Assembly: GCA_016178135.1 (NCBI GenBank)
Contig: JACOTW010000002.1
Location: 77,043 to 141,042, forward strand
Source: Candidatus Saccharimonadota bacterium
Lineage (GTDB): Bacteria > Patescibacteriota > Saccharimonadia > Saccharimonadales > JACOTW01
Direction: 5' to 3'
DNA: 64,000 nucleotides
Notes under the pieces: model-generated
What the model saw: only the letters and a program-made list of their open reading frames with translations
What the model was told of the DNA's origin: nothing
Databases searched by the model: none
Program-made: the position numbers and the translations under genes
Shown here: one piece after another, positions 46,783 to 56,217 of the stretch
Position numbering within the stretch: position 1 is the stretch's first letter
Layout: every line of letters starts with the position of its first letter

Positions 46783-48540
46783 GTGAGTTCCATTATAGAA
46801 ATTGATAACATAATAACCGTTGGCGATCTTGCCGATAAGCTCATGCTACCTGTTACGAAATTGATAGCTGAACTTATGAAAAATGGTGTCATGGCGACGG
46901 TTAATGAGCGTATTGATTTCGACACGGCCCAAATTATCGTTGGTGAGCTGGATCTAGATGTGGAACTAAAGAAAAAAGATACTGAAAGTTCAACAACACC
47001 GCGCCAAAGAATTATCGCATCAGAAAAAGCTACGCCTAGACCACCGGTTGTTGCAGTTATGGGTCATGTAGATCATGGTAAAACAAGTTTACTGGATGCC
47101 ATTAGAGGTTCGGAGTTAACCAAAGCCGAGGCCGGAGGGATTACTCAACATATTGCAGCTTATCAGGTTGAACATAATGGTCGTTTTATCACACTTCTAG
47201 ATACTCCAGGACACGAGGCTTTTGCCGCTCTTCGTGAACATGGTGCTCAATTGACTGATTTAGTTATTATTGTGGTTGCTGCTGATGATGGCGTGAAGCC
47301 GCAGACAATAGAAGCTATTCGTTTCGCACGTAAAGCGAATGTTAGGATTATAGTAGCTATTAACAAGATGGATAAAGAAGGGGCTGATTCTAACCAAGTT
47401 AAACAACAGCTTGCCGAACAAAAATTATTAGTAGAAGAGTGGGGTGGCGATATTGTAGCTCTTGAAGTTTCAGCCAAGACCAAAAAAGGTGTCAATGAGC
47501 TTCTGGATATGATTTTATTGGTTGCAGATGTGGAAGATTTGCGTGCCGATAACAATGTGCCCGCCAAAGGATTGATTATTGAGTCGCATATGGAGCGAGG
47601 GCGAGGACCTGTAGCTGTAGCACTTATAGAGGAAGGAACTCTACATAGTGGGGATTATGTTGTAACTGGCGCAACATATGCCAAAATTCGTAATCTTGAA
47701 TCAACTAACGGTAAGACAATACGAGACGCCGGACCATCTACACCCGTAGTGATCACTGGTTTTAAATCTCTTCCAGAATTTGGAGATGAATTTATTATAT
47801 CTGTAGATGAAAAAACTGCTCGCCAGGAAGCTAAAACCATAGATATTGGTCGTAAATCGGAGGGGCGATCGGATATTGGTAATAGTGAACTGATTAGGAT
47901 GATTAATCGTCATAATCAGGTTAGCGAATTCAATGTAATTATAAAAACAGATGTTCAGGGTTCACTAACTTCTGTTGTTGATAGCCTAAGAACTCTCGAT
48001 ACTGAAGAGGTGGTAGTGCGTGTCGTGGCTAGCGGGGTTGGGCCTGTTAACGAAAATGATGTTCATCTGGCTCGTAGCAGTTCAGCCATTATTTATGGCT
48101 TTAACGTCCCTGTTCCCCCAAACATCAAACAACTTGCAGTTAGAGATCGAATACGTATTCGAATGTATAAGGTTATATACGAGTTGATTGATGATACTAA
48201 AGATGAAATGAGCAAGCTTTTAGTGCCAGAGATTATAGAAACTGTCATGGGTCAATTGGTCGTTAAGGGCGTTTTCAAGACCACTAAAACAGAAGTTATT
48301 TGTGGTGGTGAAGTCACAAAAGGTAAGTTAGTAATGCCGGCACTTGCACGGGTTATTCGGGATAAACAAGAGTTGGCTGAAGTAGAAGTAACTAACCTAA
48401 AACGTGGTACGCAAGATACAAAAGAAGTGTTTGAAGGTGAAATGTGTGGAATGAGCTTGAAGTATTCGTCACGAGTTGATCTTGTGATAGGCGATCGCGT
48501 AGAATTGTTCACGAGAGAGACAAAAGAACGCAAACTGTAG
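46783..48540 (+). CDS. infB: Translation initiation factor IF-2 (short N-terminus)
   Basis: G-domain 'VVAVMGHVDHGKTSLLD', 'DTPGHEAF' and 'NKMD', followed by typical IF2 domains II-IV. It starts with GTG. Confidence 0.9.
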   Translation: MSSIIEIDNIITVGDLADKLMLPVTKLIAELMKNGVMATVNERIDFDTAQIIVGELDLDVELKKKDTESSTTPRQRIIASEKATPRPPVVAVMGHVDHGKTSLLDAIRGSELTKAEAGGITQHIAAYQVEHNGRFITLLDTPGHEAFAALREHGAQLTDLVIIVVAADDGVKPQTIEAIRFARKANVRIIVAINKMDKEGADSNQVKQQLAEQKLLVEEWGGDIVALEVSAKTKKGVNELLDMILLVADVEDLRADNNVPAKGLIIESHMERGRGPVAVALIEEGTLHSGDYVVTGATYAKIRNLESTNGKTIRDAGPSTPVVITGFKSLPEFGDEFIISVDEKTARQEAKTIDIGRKSEGRSDIGNSELIRMINRHNQVSEFNVIIKTDVQGSLTSVVDSLRTLDTEEVVVRVVASGVGPVNENDVHLARSSSAIIYGFNVPVPPNIKQLAVRDRIRIRMYKVIYELIDDTKDEMSKLLVPEIIETVMGQLVVKGVFKTTKTEVICGGEVTKGKLVMPALARVIRDKQELAEVEVTNLKRGTQDTKEVFEGEMCGMSLKYSSRVDLVIGDRVELFTRETKERKL

Positions 48541-48567
48541 CCATCCCATAGCAAAACGGGTATTTTT
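48538..48567. repeat. Family C-like terminus remnant supplying the infB stop codon
   Basis: TAGCCATCCCATAGCAAAACGGGTATTTTT resembles the C terminus TAGCCATCCCAAAACAAAATGACCATTTTT. Confidence 0.5.
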
Positions 48568-48626
48568 AGGCGACGGAAAAGTGCGAAACTTGTGTCCGAG
48601 AAGGTATTTTGCGACAGGTCCAGCAT

Positions 48627-48788
48627 ACTGGACCTGTCGCAAAGCTCCCCCATCCCCAGACCAATTCATCTCGGCTGGTAGCGGTCTGTCTTCTCTCGAT
48701 GTAGCTATGGCTACCTCTCCTTCAGCCAAACCACTCCCAACTCGAGCTGATTTAGCCTGGGAACGGGCGATTTTGCGACAGGTCCAGT
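48627..48788. mobile_element. Family A element A11 (full), preceded by a 21-bp A-end fragment (48603-48623)
   Basis: 162 bp with AT/AT flanks. It is the near-identical inverted partner of A12. Confidence 0.9.
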
Positions 48789-48805
48789 ATACTGTGGTAG
48801 AAGAT

Positions 48806-49018
48806 ATGACAGAACCAGACTCTACCAACTTGAATCTTGCGGACAAAAATACAATTCACGCAGCTACTGCTGTTGGTGAAGTGCTACCTAACTTACATTC
48901 AACACAGTGGTTAGAAGGTAGAAAGAGAGCCAGTTCTATTTACAAACAAGCTTTTATGGTTGGTTTTTATACAGCCCTATTGTTACTTTTTGTTATAACT
49001 TTGCTAAAATACAAATGA
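48806..49018 (+). CDS. Small C-terminally membrane-anchored hypothetical protein
   Basis: 70 aa from the ATG at 48806, with the C-terminal TM 'FMVGFYTALLLLFVITLL'. The tracked ORF start (48581) would add a translated A repeat in the same frame as in priA and the ROK gene. Confidence 0.4.
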   Translation: MTEPDSTNLNLADKNTIHAATAVGEVLPNLHSTQWLEGRKRASSIYKQAFMVGFYTALLLLFVITLLKYK

Positions 49019-49034
49019 AAGGAATTATTCAACT

Positions 49035-49349
49035 ATGTTTAAACTAGATGATAATCTACTACAAGAGCTGGGATTAGGAGCTCTATCTGCTGAAGAAAAA
49101 AACAAAATGCTGACTCATATTTATGAAACTCTTGAGATGCGAGTTGGTATGAAACTAGCGGAACAGATGACCAACGAACAACTGGATGAGTTTGAAGCCT
49201 ACATAGATAAGAATGATGAACCTGGAGCTCTAAAATGGCTCGAAACTAATTTTCCGAACTACAAACAAGTGGTGGCCGATGAATTAGAAAAGCTAAAGTA
49301 TGAGATTAAGCAATCTGCTCCGCAAATTATAGCTGCTGCTGCTGAATAA
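49035..49349 (+). CDS. Hypothetical acidic helical protein
   Basis: 104-aa ORF. No motif is recognised. Confidence 0.45.
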   Translation: MFKLDDNLLQELGLGALSAEEKNKMLTHIYETLEMRVGMKLAEQMTNEQLDEFEAYIDKNDEPGALKWLETNFPNYKQVVADELEKLKYEIKQSAPQIIAAAAE

Positions 49350-50283
49350 TTTTATTACCAACAAGAAATGCTTTGCTGGTCATCTCTTTCTTACCAGCTG
49401 GCTTCACCGTTACCAAAATAAGTGCTCCTTTGCCCGTCTTGATTGCCAAATAATCGTCTGTGGTTATTATTTCTCCGCATTTTATATTTTCCAGTAAATC
49501 TATATCTGACACAGCACGAGCTTTAGTAATAATGACATCCCGATCACCAATTTTTACATGGCTTTTAGGCCAATTCATAAATGCTCTAATTTCTCGCTCA
49601 ATTTGTTGAGCAGGCTTGCGCCAATCTACTACTCCGTCTTTTTTGGATAACAAATTATCATATGTTGCACCTGATATATCTTGGGGCAGTGCCACTATGT
49701 TGCCGTGTAAAATTTCTGGCAGAATATCTAACAGCATGGCACCACCTATATTTAATAGGGTGTCAGCTAAATATTGTTTGGTTTCTGTGCCGTCTAGCTT
49801 GATTTGACTCTGTGCAAACACAGGCCCTGCATCCATATCTTTTGTAAGTTGCATTATAGAGACGCCAGTATCTGAATCATTATTTAAGATTGCACTTTCA
49901 ATAGGTGTTGGTCCACGATGTTTTGGCAGAAGAGAGGGGTGAATATTTATAATTCCTTTAGGGAAAATATCAATGATACTTTGAGGTACTATTTTTCCAT
50001 AGGCTATTAAAACTCCTACAGAAGCGCCATAATCTTTAAGCTGTTGTTCTATATCGATAAGTTTTTTAGGCAATAAAACAGGTATATTGTTTGCTTTAGC
50101 AATATCTTCAATTTCAAGATGTTGCTGCTTAGAACGAGACTTGCTGTGTTCGTTGTTGACAATTACTGCAGCAACATTGTACCTAGCTTTTATGAGGGCT
50201 TGTAGTGTTGGGGCAGAGGTTTTTACTCCTGTTGCGAGCCGTTCATTACCAAAGAATACGATTGTCTTTGATGTGTTTTTCAT
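49327..50283 (-). CDS. fmt: Methionyl-tRNA formyltransferase
   Basis: 'IVFFGNERLA', 'INIHPSLLPKHRGPTPIESAIL' and a C-terminal Fmt domain. The start is at the internal Met (MKNTSK...), overlapping def. Confidence 0.85.
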   Translation of the reverse strand: MKNTSKTIVFFGNERLATGVKTSAPTLQALIKARYNVAAVIVNNEHSKSRSKQQHLEIEDIAKANNIPVLLPKKLIDIEQQLKDYGASVGVLIAYGKIVPQSIIDIFPKGIINIHPSLLPKHRGPTPIESAILNNDSDTGVSIMQLTKDMDAGPVFAQSQIKLDGTETKQYLADTLLNIGGAMLLDILPEILHGNIVALPQDISGATYDNLLSKKDGVVDWRKPAQQIEREIRAFMNWPKSHVKIGDRDVIITKARAVSDIDLLENIKCGEIITTDDYLAIKTGKGALILVTVKPAGKKEMTSKAFLVGNKIIQQQQL

Positions 50284-50824
50284 AATCAAGCGCCTCCAGT
50301 TGGCCATCATTTTTTAATTTATAAAAAGCATCGGTTGTATTTTTGATGTGGTCGATAAATACGATTCCGTTGGTGTGATCGATTTCATGTTGAAAAACTC
50401 GGGCCAAGAATCCCTCGACCTTAACCCTGATTAACTTGCCATCTTCATTGATGGCCTTAACCCGAACTTTTTCATAACGAGGTACTTTGCCATAGATATC
50501 CGAGACACTTAAACATCCTTCAAAATCATCTATGATATCACCTTCATACTTAGTAATTTCTGGATTAATAAATGCTGTGAATACTCGGTTTTTTTTATTG
50601 TTGAAATCGTTGCGAACTATTACTACTCTTAGGGGTTGATCAATTTGTATGGCGGCTAGCGCAACACCGACTTCGTGATCTCGGCTGTCCTCCCAGTCTA
50701 GCGTAGCATCCTTCATGTTATCGATAAGTTGCTTGATTGATTCAGTAACCACACCTATTTTTTTTGAACCATGCCTTAAGTGAGGGTTAGGAAGCGTGAT
50801 AATGCTATCTTTTGTAATAATCAT
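50246..50824 (-). CDS. def: Peptide deformylase
   Basis: The three PDF motifs are present: 'GVALAAIQI', 'EGCLS' and 'QHEIDHTNG'. Confidence 0.9.
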   Translation of the reverse strand: MIITKDSIITLPNPHLRHGSKKIGVVTESIKQLIDNMKDATLDWEDSRDHEVGVALAAIQIDQPLRVVIVRNDFNNKKNRVFTAFINPEITKYEGDIIDDFEGCLSVSDIYGKVPRYEKVRVKAINEDGKLIRVKVEGFLARVFQHEIDHTNGIVFIDHIKNTTDAFYKLKNDGQLEALDYEKHIKDNRILW

Positions 50825-50883
50825 TTAACAGAGTATATAGGACTTTTACACTTTTTTGTAGATAACAGGGTGCAACTGGCTAA

Positions 50884-50950
50884 GCGAAAACTTTCAGGCC
50901 GAAGGAGAGGTAGCCATCGCTACATCGAAAGAGGCATGGAAGTTTGTAGC
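50884..50950. repeat. Family A central fragment
   Basis: GCGAAAACTTTCAGGCCGAAGGAGAGGTAGCCATCGCTACATCGAAAGAGG. Confidence 0.55.
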
Positions 50951-51037
50951 TAGTCAGTTGTGCTCTGTTGCTATGAAAAGGTGTGAAAGTCCTGTATATA
51001 TAGGACTTTTACACTTTTTTGTAGATATAGCCCCCGC

Positions 51038-51190
51038 AAAACAAATTCACGGCTTTTTGAACCGCCCTCTCCGGCCAAAAACTGTCTTTCCTCACTCACC
51101 TTATCTAATGATATGCTTCCCTCAGAAAAGCCAGTTTTTGACTCGAAGATCATCGGCTCCAAAACCCCCGAATTTGTTTTGCGGGGGCTA
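51038..51190. mobile_element. Family B (alpha) element, full copy B3, supplying the priA stop codon
   Basis: Same TIRs as B1/B2 and TA flanks. The last 3 nt (CTA, 51188-51190) are the reverse complement of the priA TAG stop. Confidence 0.85.
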
Positions 51191-53308
51191 TAACAGGGTA
51201 GCGGGAAGACTTTTGATAATTTCAAGCAATTTCCCTCGACTTCTTGATTTCACTATCAATTGCCAATGATATTTGCCTTGTTGTTTTTCATGAAATGCCG
51301 GTGATGGTCCGATGATTGATAGAGATAATTGTTTTTGCTGGAGTTCTAATAGTAATTTTTCCGAGGCTTTTTTAGCAGATTGCTGGGTGGCACGTTTGCA
51401 AGATAGTTTGAGAAGATAACAGAAGGGAGGGAATATGAAAATTTCACGTTCATGCAACTGTTGTTTATAAAATTCTTCATAATTTTTAGTTATTGCAGCG
51501 TTAATGATCGGGCTTTCTGGATGATATGTTTGTATTATCAACATACCTTTAAGGTGTCCGCGCCCTACTCGACCACTGACTTGGCTGATCATCTGAAATG
51601 TTTTTTCTTCAGCGGTATAATCTGGAATATATAAGCCGGTATCAGCCACAACTATGCCCACTAAACTTAATCGAGTCAAATCAAGGCCTTTTGAGAGTAT
51701 TTGTGTCCCGACCAATATATCTACGGCTCCACTTTCTATAGTTTCGTAATGCATTTCTAGCCGATCGGCCTTAAGATTGTCGCCGTCAAACCTTTGCACC
51801 CTTGCCTCGGGCAGTAGTCTTTTTATTTCGGCAACAATAAGTTTTGTGCCTATGCTCTTGAAGATAACTTCAGTACCGTGACAGTTTGGGCAATTAGATG
51901 GAGTTTGTTCGCTATGACCGCACGTATGGCATAAAGCCAAATGAGTATCACCATGATAGGTAAGTGGAAGGTCGCAACGTGGACAAAGTAGCTGCCAGCC
52001 ACAACTTTGACACAATATTATTCGTGCCGTACCCCGTCTATTTAAGAAAAGCAAAGACTGTTCCTTGTTTTGTAGGCGTAAGCGCATTTCTTTTATAAGA
52101 TCATCGGATAGCCATTTTGATTGTGAAAAATGAGCCTTATCTTGTAGTGCTATTAATTTGGTGACGGAGCCTGCTTCATTAGACTTATGCAAAATTGTTT
52201 GTTCCTGGGGCGAATCAGCTCGAGCGAAAACTGTTTTGTCTGAAGTAGAGGTACCTGAAGGCACATCGAGAGAAGAAAAACTGGTTGTAGGCGAGGTTAT
52301 TCGATCTGGGGATGGGAGAGCTTTGTTTAAGTCCAGTTTAGCGGTCTCTGTGGCTGCTCTTGTCATGCGGACGATTGGCAGTCCCTTCGCCTTAAAGGTG
52401 AAGTAGTCATTGATTAGGGGGGTAGCGGAGCCAAGTACTAGTCGCGCACCTTCTAATTGGGCTAAACGTGCTGCAACTCGTGTTGTTTGATAGTTGGGGG
52501 CTTGTTCTTGCTTGTATGCTGTGTCATGAGCCTCGTCTACCACAATAAGTCCTATGTTTGACAAAGGGGTGAACAATGCCGATCGAGGTCCAACTACCAC
52601 TAGTGGCTCCTCGGCCTCCAGAATCTTTAACCAGGCATCACGCCTTTGTGCCGAGGTTAGCGCGGAATGTATACCGATAATTTGATCAGGAAATGCTACT
52701 TCCAGCATTTTTATTAGTTGAGGCGTAAGACCGATTTCGGGTGTTAATATGAGTACTGAACGACCATTTTGAATCTGTTCTTTTGCTAATTCAATATATA
52801 CCCTGGTTTTGCCTGTGCCGGTATCGCCATGCAGCAATATGGGTTCTTGTTTTTTTGATGCTTGTATTTGTTGTAGTGCAGATTGCTGATCAGGCGTAAG
52901 CGTTGGGAGCTTTTTTTCAGGGGGTGGAGGAGTTTCGGGTAAGTCGTCGAGTATAGGGATTTTGCTTGGGCCCGGTGTCGGTCTAGCTTGTTGCTGGATG
53001 CCACTCGGTAAAAATAATTGTATCAAGACCCCAGAAGGAGCTGGATAATAAGATCTAAGCCACCCAAAAAGCTTAAACACCGAAGAAGGCACAGGATTTT
53101 TACCTATTTGCTTCAATATAGATTGAGTTTTAAAAGCTGGCTTTTTAACTTGAGCATTAACGATACCAAGTACTACTTGTCGCCGTAGACCTACAGTAAC
53201 AACAGAGCCATTTTCTATCGATATGTCGCTTTCGTAAATCAGAGGCTTATCACCATGATATCTAGGGCTACTTATCCAAACTTCGTAGTACGACTTTATT
53301 GTAGGCAT
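51188..53308 (-). CDS. priA: Primosomal protein N' (replication restart helicase PriA) interrupted in frame by a family A repeat
   Basis: 'LLHGDTGTGKT', 'VVDEAHD' and a Cys-rich zinc module 'CQSCGWQLLCPRCDLPLTYH...CHTCGH...CPNCHG', then 'GTQILSKGLD' and 'QVSGRVGRG'. The segment 'LDLNKALPSPDRITSPTTSFSSLDVPSGTSTSDKTVFARADSPQEQTILHKSN' is the translated repeat A13. Confidence 0.9.
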   Translation of the reverse strand: MPTIKSYYEVWISSPRYHGDKPLIYESDISIENGSVVTVGLRRQVVLGIVNAQVKKPAFKTQSILKQIGKNPVPSSVFKLFGWLRSYYPAPSGVLIQLFLPSGIQQQARPTPGPSKIPILDDLPETPPPPEKKLPTLTPDQQSALQQIQASKKQEPILLHGDTGTGKTRVYIELAKEQIQNGRSVLILTPEIGLTPQLIKMLEVAFPDQIIGIHSALTSAQRRDAWLKILEAEEPLVVVGPRSALFTPLSNIGLIVVDEAHDTAYKQEQAPNYQTTRVAARLAQLEGARLVLGSATPLINDYFTFKAKGLPIVRMTRAATETAKLDLNKALPSPDRITSPTTSFSSLDVPSGTSTSDKTVFARADSPQEQTILHKSNEAGSVTKLIALQDKAHFSQSKWLSDDLIKEMRLRLQNKEQSLLFLNRRGTARIILCQSCGWQLLCPRCDLPLTYHGDTHLALCHTCGHSEQTPSNCPNCHGTEVIFKSIGTKLIVAEIKRLLPEARVQRFDGDNLKADRLEMHYETIESGAVDILVGTQILSKGLDLTRLSLVGIVVADTGLYIPDYTAEEKTFQMISQVSGRVGRGHLKGMLIIQTYHPESPIINAAITKNYEEFYKQQLHEREIFIFPPFCYLLKLSCKRATQQSAKKASEKLLLELQQKQLSLSIIGPSPAFHEKQQGKYHWQLIVKSRSRGKLLEIIKSLPATLL
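52178..52337. mobile_element. Family A element A13 (full, diverged) inside the priA ORF
   Basis: ATTAGACTTATGCAAAATTG...GGGATGGGAGAGCTTTGTTTAAGTCCAGT. It is colinear with A1 and A4. Confidence 0.85.
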
Positions 53309-53402
53309 TATAGTCCCAGTATAGGCTTTTTACAGAAACATATTGAAATAATAAGACAAGTTAACTATACTTGACGTTGTCCTAATAACAATAGAAGAGC
53401 TT

Positions 53403-53693
53403 ATGCTAGATGTATTTATAACTTCAAGGGTTCGTAGAAAGATAATCGTAGTTTACGCCAAGTATCCAGACTTCAAGACGCATGTTCGTGGTCTTGCCAA
53501 GCTTATTAAGGAGGACGCTGGCAATATTCAGCGTGAGCTTAAGCGACTGGAAAAAATAGGTTTTCTTATTTCTGAAAAACAGGGCAATACAAAAATCTAT
53601 CATACCAACAAGCATTTCGCCATCTTTAAAGAGCTTCAGAGTATAGTGTTGAAATCACAACGAATAAACCAGAAAAAACAACTAGGTCAATAG
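53403..53693 (+). CDS. Small winged-helix DNA-binding protein
   Basis: 'SRVRRKIIVVYAKYPDFKTHVRGLAKLIKEDAGNIQRELKRLEKIGFLISEKQGNTKIY' parallels the N-domain of 11351-11977. Confidence 0.5.
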   Translation: MLDVFITSRVRRKIIVVYAKYPDFKTHVRGLAKLIKEDAGNIQRELKRLEKIGFLISEKQGNTKIYHTNKHFAIFKELQSIVLKSQRINQKKQLGQ

Positions 53694-53731
53694 GTTGCAA
53701 AACCTTCCCTGTTACTGTACAATTTACACTC

Positions 53732-53947
53732 GTGATACAAGTTACTAGAAAAGATGCCAAAGAATCATTAGAAAACCTACTACGTCGCTTTACTCGAAAG
53801 GTTCAGCAAGCAGGGATAATGACTGTCGCGAAGCAGAACCAGTATTTTGATAAGCCAACAAGCAAACGTGATAGGCGTGAAAAAGCAATTATTCGTCGTG
53901 AACGCAAGGCCATCAAGATGAAAAAAATGAAACTTGGCCAAAAATAA
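53732..53947 (+). CDS. rpsU: 30S ribosomal protein S21
   Basis: 'LENLLRRFTRKVQQAGI...KRDRREKAIIRRERKA' is the S21 pattern. It starts with GTG. Confidence 0.8.
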   Translation: MIQVTRKDAKESLENLLRRFTRKVQQAGIMTVAKQNQYFDKPTSKRDRREKAIIRRERKAIKMKKMKLGQK

Positions 53948-53960
53948 TCCAAGAATCTAA

Positions 53961-54036
53961 ACTGGACCTATCGCAAACTCCTCCATCCCCAGATCAACTA
54001 ATCTCGGCTGGTATCAGTCGGTATTTTCTCGATGTA
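53961..54036. mobile_element. Family A half-copy (A10), ending at the central TA
   Basis: ACTGGACCTATCGCAAACTCCTCCATCCCCAGATC...TTCTCGATGTA is followed directly by a family B terminus. Confidence 0.75.
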
Positions 54037-54186
54037 TAGTCCCCGCAAAACAAATTCGTGGGTTTTTGAAGCAATGATCTTTGAGCCAAAAACTGACTTT
54101 TCCGAGAGAGACATATCCTTAGATACGTTGAACGAGGAAAGGCGGTTTTGGGCCAAAGAGGGTGATTCGAAAAGTTGCGGGGGCTA
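54037..54186. mobile_element. Family B (beta) element with a ~12-bp internal deletion near the right TIR (B7)
   Basis: TAGTCCCCGCAAAACAAATTCGTGGG...GATTCGAAAAGTTGCGGGGGCTA, followed by TA. Confidence 0.8.
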
Positions 54187-54231
54187 TAATTATAGCCAAA
54201 CTAACTGTGGTTTGATACACTTTTGTTATAA

Positions 54232-54696
54232 ATGAAGATCAAGCAACAAATTGAGCAAGATCTAAAACAGGCTATGCTTGCCGGTAACAAATTACTTGTG
54301 GATACTCTTAGAGGGCTTAAGAATGCGATTCTTTATGCTGAGGTTGCTGCAAATAAGCGAGATGAGGGTTTGCCAGAGGATATTGTAACTAGCTTACTCT
54401 TAAAAGAAGTAAAAAAACGTCAAGAAAGCGCCGATATGTATAGGCAAGGCGGTAGTACTGAACGAGCAGAAAAAGAACTTGCCGAAAAAATAATGATAGA
54501 ACACTATCTGCCCGCACAAATGCAAGAAAAAGACATAGAAATACTTATAGATGAAATTATGACAGACATTAAAGATCCATCAATTATTACGATGGGGCAA
54601 GTTATAGGATTGGTAAAGCAGGCAAGTAAGGGATTGGCAGACGGTGCTACTATTGCCAGATTGGTCAAAGAGCGTATAGCGAAGATGGCAAAATGA
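54232..54696 (+). CDS. GatB/YqeY domain protein
   Basis: 'IEQDLKQAMLAGNKLLVDTLRGLKNAI' is a typical YqeY N-terminus. 154 aa. Confidence 0.75.
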   Translation: MKIKQQIEQDLKQAMLAGNKLLVDTLRGLKNAILYAEVAANKRDEGLPEDIVTSLLLKEVKKRQESADMYRQGGSTERAEKELAEKIMIEHYLPAQMQEKDIEILIDEIMTDIKDPSIITMGQVIGLVKQASKGLADGATIARLVKERIAKMAK

Positions 54697-55259
54697 TTAT
54701 CTTTATAGGAGTAGCTGGATCTGGAAAAAGTATGCAGGGGCGACTTTTGGCGGATGAACTAGCGGTACCTTGGCTATCAACAGGTGAGTTTCTTAGAATG
54801 CTTATTTCTGGTGAGCGACGCAAAGATATGGTGGCCGGCAAACTCCTAAAAGACCAAGATATAATTAGTTTAGTACGTAAAATATTTACCATAATAGATG
54901 TAGGCAATGAATTTGTGCTGGACGGGTTTCCTCGAACGCCCGCCCAAGCTGACTGGCTACTCAATCAAGTTAAGCATGGTCAATTGTCGTCCACAGTAGT
55001 GATTCACCTCAAGGCATCTTCAGAAATTATCAAGGAACGATTATTGCAACGTGGTCGTAAGGATGATTATAAAGAAGCTATTGACGAGAGATTACTTGAG
55101 TATGAACAACTTAGCGTACCGATTATTAAAAACTTTAAAGAAGCTGGAATTATGGTTTATGATATTAACGGAGAAGAAACTTCGGAAAAGGTGCATCAAC
55201 AAATTCTTGAAGCTGTAGAGAAGGCGCATAGTGTTTACGCGAATAAAAACCAAGTCTGA
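54693..55259 (+). CDS. adk: Adenylate kinase (short lid)
   Basis: P-loop 'GVAGSGKSMQG', 'STGEFLR', 'VLDGFPRTPAQADWL' and 'RGRKDD'. Confidence 0.8.
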   Translation: MIIFIGVAGSGKSMQGRLLADELAVPWLSTGEFLRMLISGERRKDMVAGKLLKDQDIISLVRKIFTIIDVGNEFVLDGFPRTPAQADWLLNQVKHGQLSSTVVIHLKASSEIIKERLLQRGRKDDYKEAIDERLLEYEQLSVPIIKNFKEAGIMVYDINGEETSEKVHQQILEAVEKAHSVYANKNQV

Positions 55260-55992
55260 AATTGATTCTATGAGAGCAAGTGGCCAGATATTGGCTACAA
55301 TTCTCAAACTATTAGAAGAACAGCTTAGCGTTGGGATGACCACTCAACAACTTGCCGATTCTGCCGGTCGGGAACTAAAAGCACTTGGCGGAAAACCTGC
55401 TTTTTTGGGCTACTTTGGCTATCCTGACGTGCTTTGCGTATCAATTAATGATGAGGTTGTTCACGGTATACCGAGCAGCCGGCGTGTAATTGAGGATGGA
55501 GATATTGTTAGTATTGATTTTGGGGTTTTATATGAAGGTATGATCACCGACTCGGCCCTTACGACCATAGCTGGACGACCAAAATCGGCTACTGACACCA
55601 AACTAGTGCAAGACACCCGTAAATCACTTAATGCAGGCATAGGGGCCTTACATGGTGGTGTTATGGTTGGTGATGTGGCGGCAGCAATCCAGAAAGTATT
55701 AGATGACGGCAAGTACGGTGTAGTTAGGGATTTGGTGGGTCATGGTGTTGGACATGAATTGCACGAAGATCCAAATATTCCAAATTATGGAAGCCGTGGT
55801 ATGGGGCCAAAGCTTGAGGTTGGCATGACAATCGCCATAGAACCGATGGCAACCCTGGGGGACTATCGTGTCTATATAGAAAATGATGGCTGGACTGTTC
55901 GTACGCGTGATGGTTCAAGGGCAGCACATTTCGAGCACACGGTATTAATTACTGAAAACGGTGCTGAAATATTAACAGAACGTCGAAATTAG
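55231..55992 (+). CDS. map: Type I methionine aminopeptidase
   Basis: 'VVHGIP', 'GDIVSIDFG', 'GHGVGHELHEDP', 'IAIEP' and 'HFEHTVLIT' are the metal-ligand motifs. It starts with GTG. Confidence 0.9.
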   Translation: MFTRIKTKSEIDSMRASGQILATILKLLEEQLSVGMTTQQLADSAGRELKALGGKPAFLGYFGYPDVLCVSINDEVVHGIPSSRRVIEDGDIVSIDFGVLYEGMITDSALTTIAGRPKSATDTKLVQDTRKSLNAGIGALHGGVMVGDVAAAIQKVLDDGKYGVVRDLVGHGVGHELHEDPNIPNYGSRGMGPKLEVGMTIAIEPMATLGDYRVYIENDGWTVRTRDGSRAAHFEHTVLITENGAEILTERRN

Positions 55993-55998
55993 TAGTTA

Positions 55999-56044
55999 TA
56001 GCCCCCGCAAAACAAATTCGGAGGTTTTGGAGCCGATGATCTTT
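55999..56044. repeat. Family B (alpha) left-end fragment (B8)
   Basis: TAGCCCCCGCAAAACAAATTCGGAGGTTTTGGAGCCGATGATCTTT, starting 6 nt after the map stop codon. Confidence 0.7.
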
Positions 56045-56046
56045 AA

Positions 56047-56205
56047 CACGAGTTTCGGACTTTTCCATCGCCCCAGATGACACCTGACAGGCTACAGCCG
56101 CTCACTCCTCACTCAACATAGGCTATGGTCCAAGCCTCCCTCGGATTGAACAACTGTAACCAGCCAGCTACCACCTGGTATCAATGGCTAAGTGCGAAAC
56201 TCGTG
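56047..56205. mobile_element. Family D element, copy D2
   Basis: CACGAGTTTCGGAC ... GTGCGAAACTCGTG, nearly colinear with D1. It is followed by TATACT and the ftsA ATG. Confidence 0.8.
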
Positions 56206-56217
56206 TATACTATTTAT

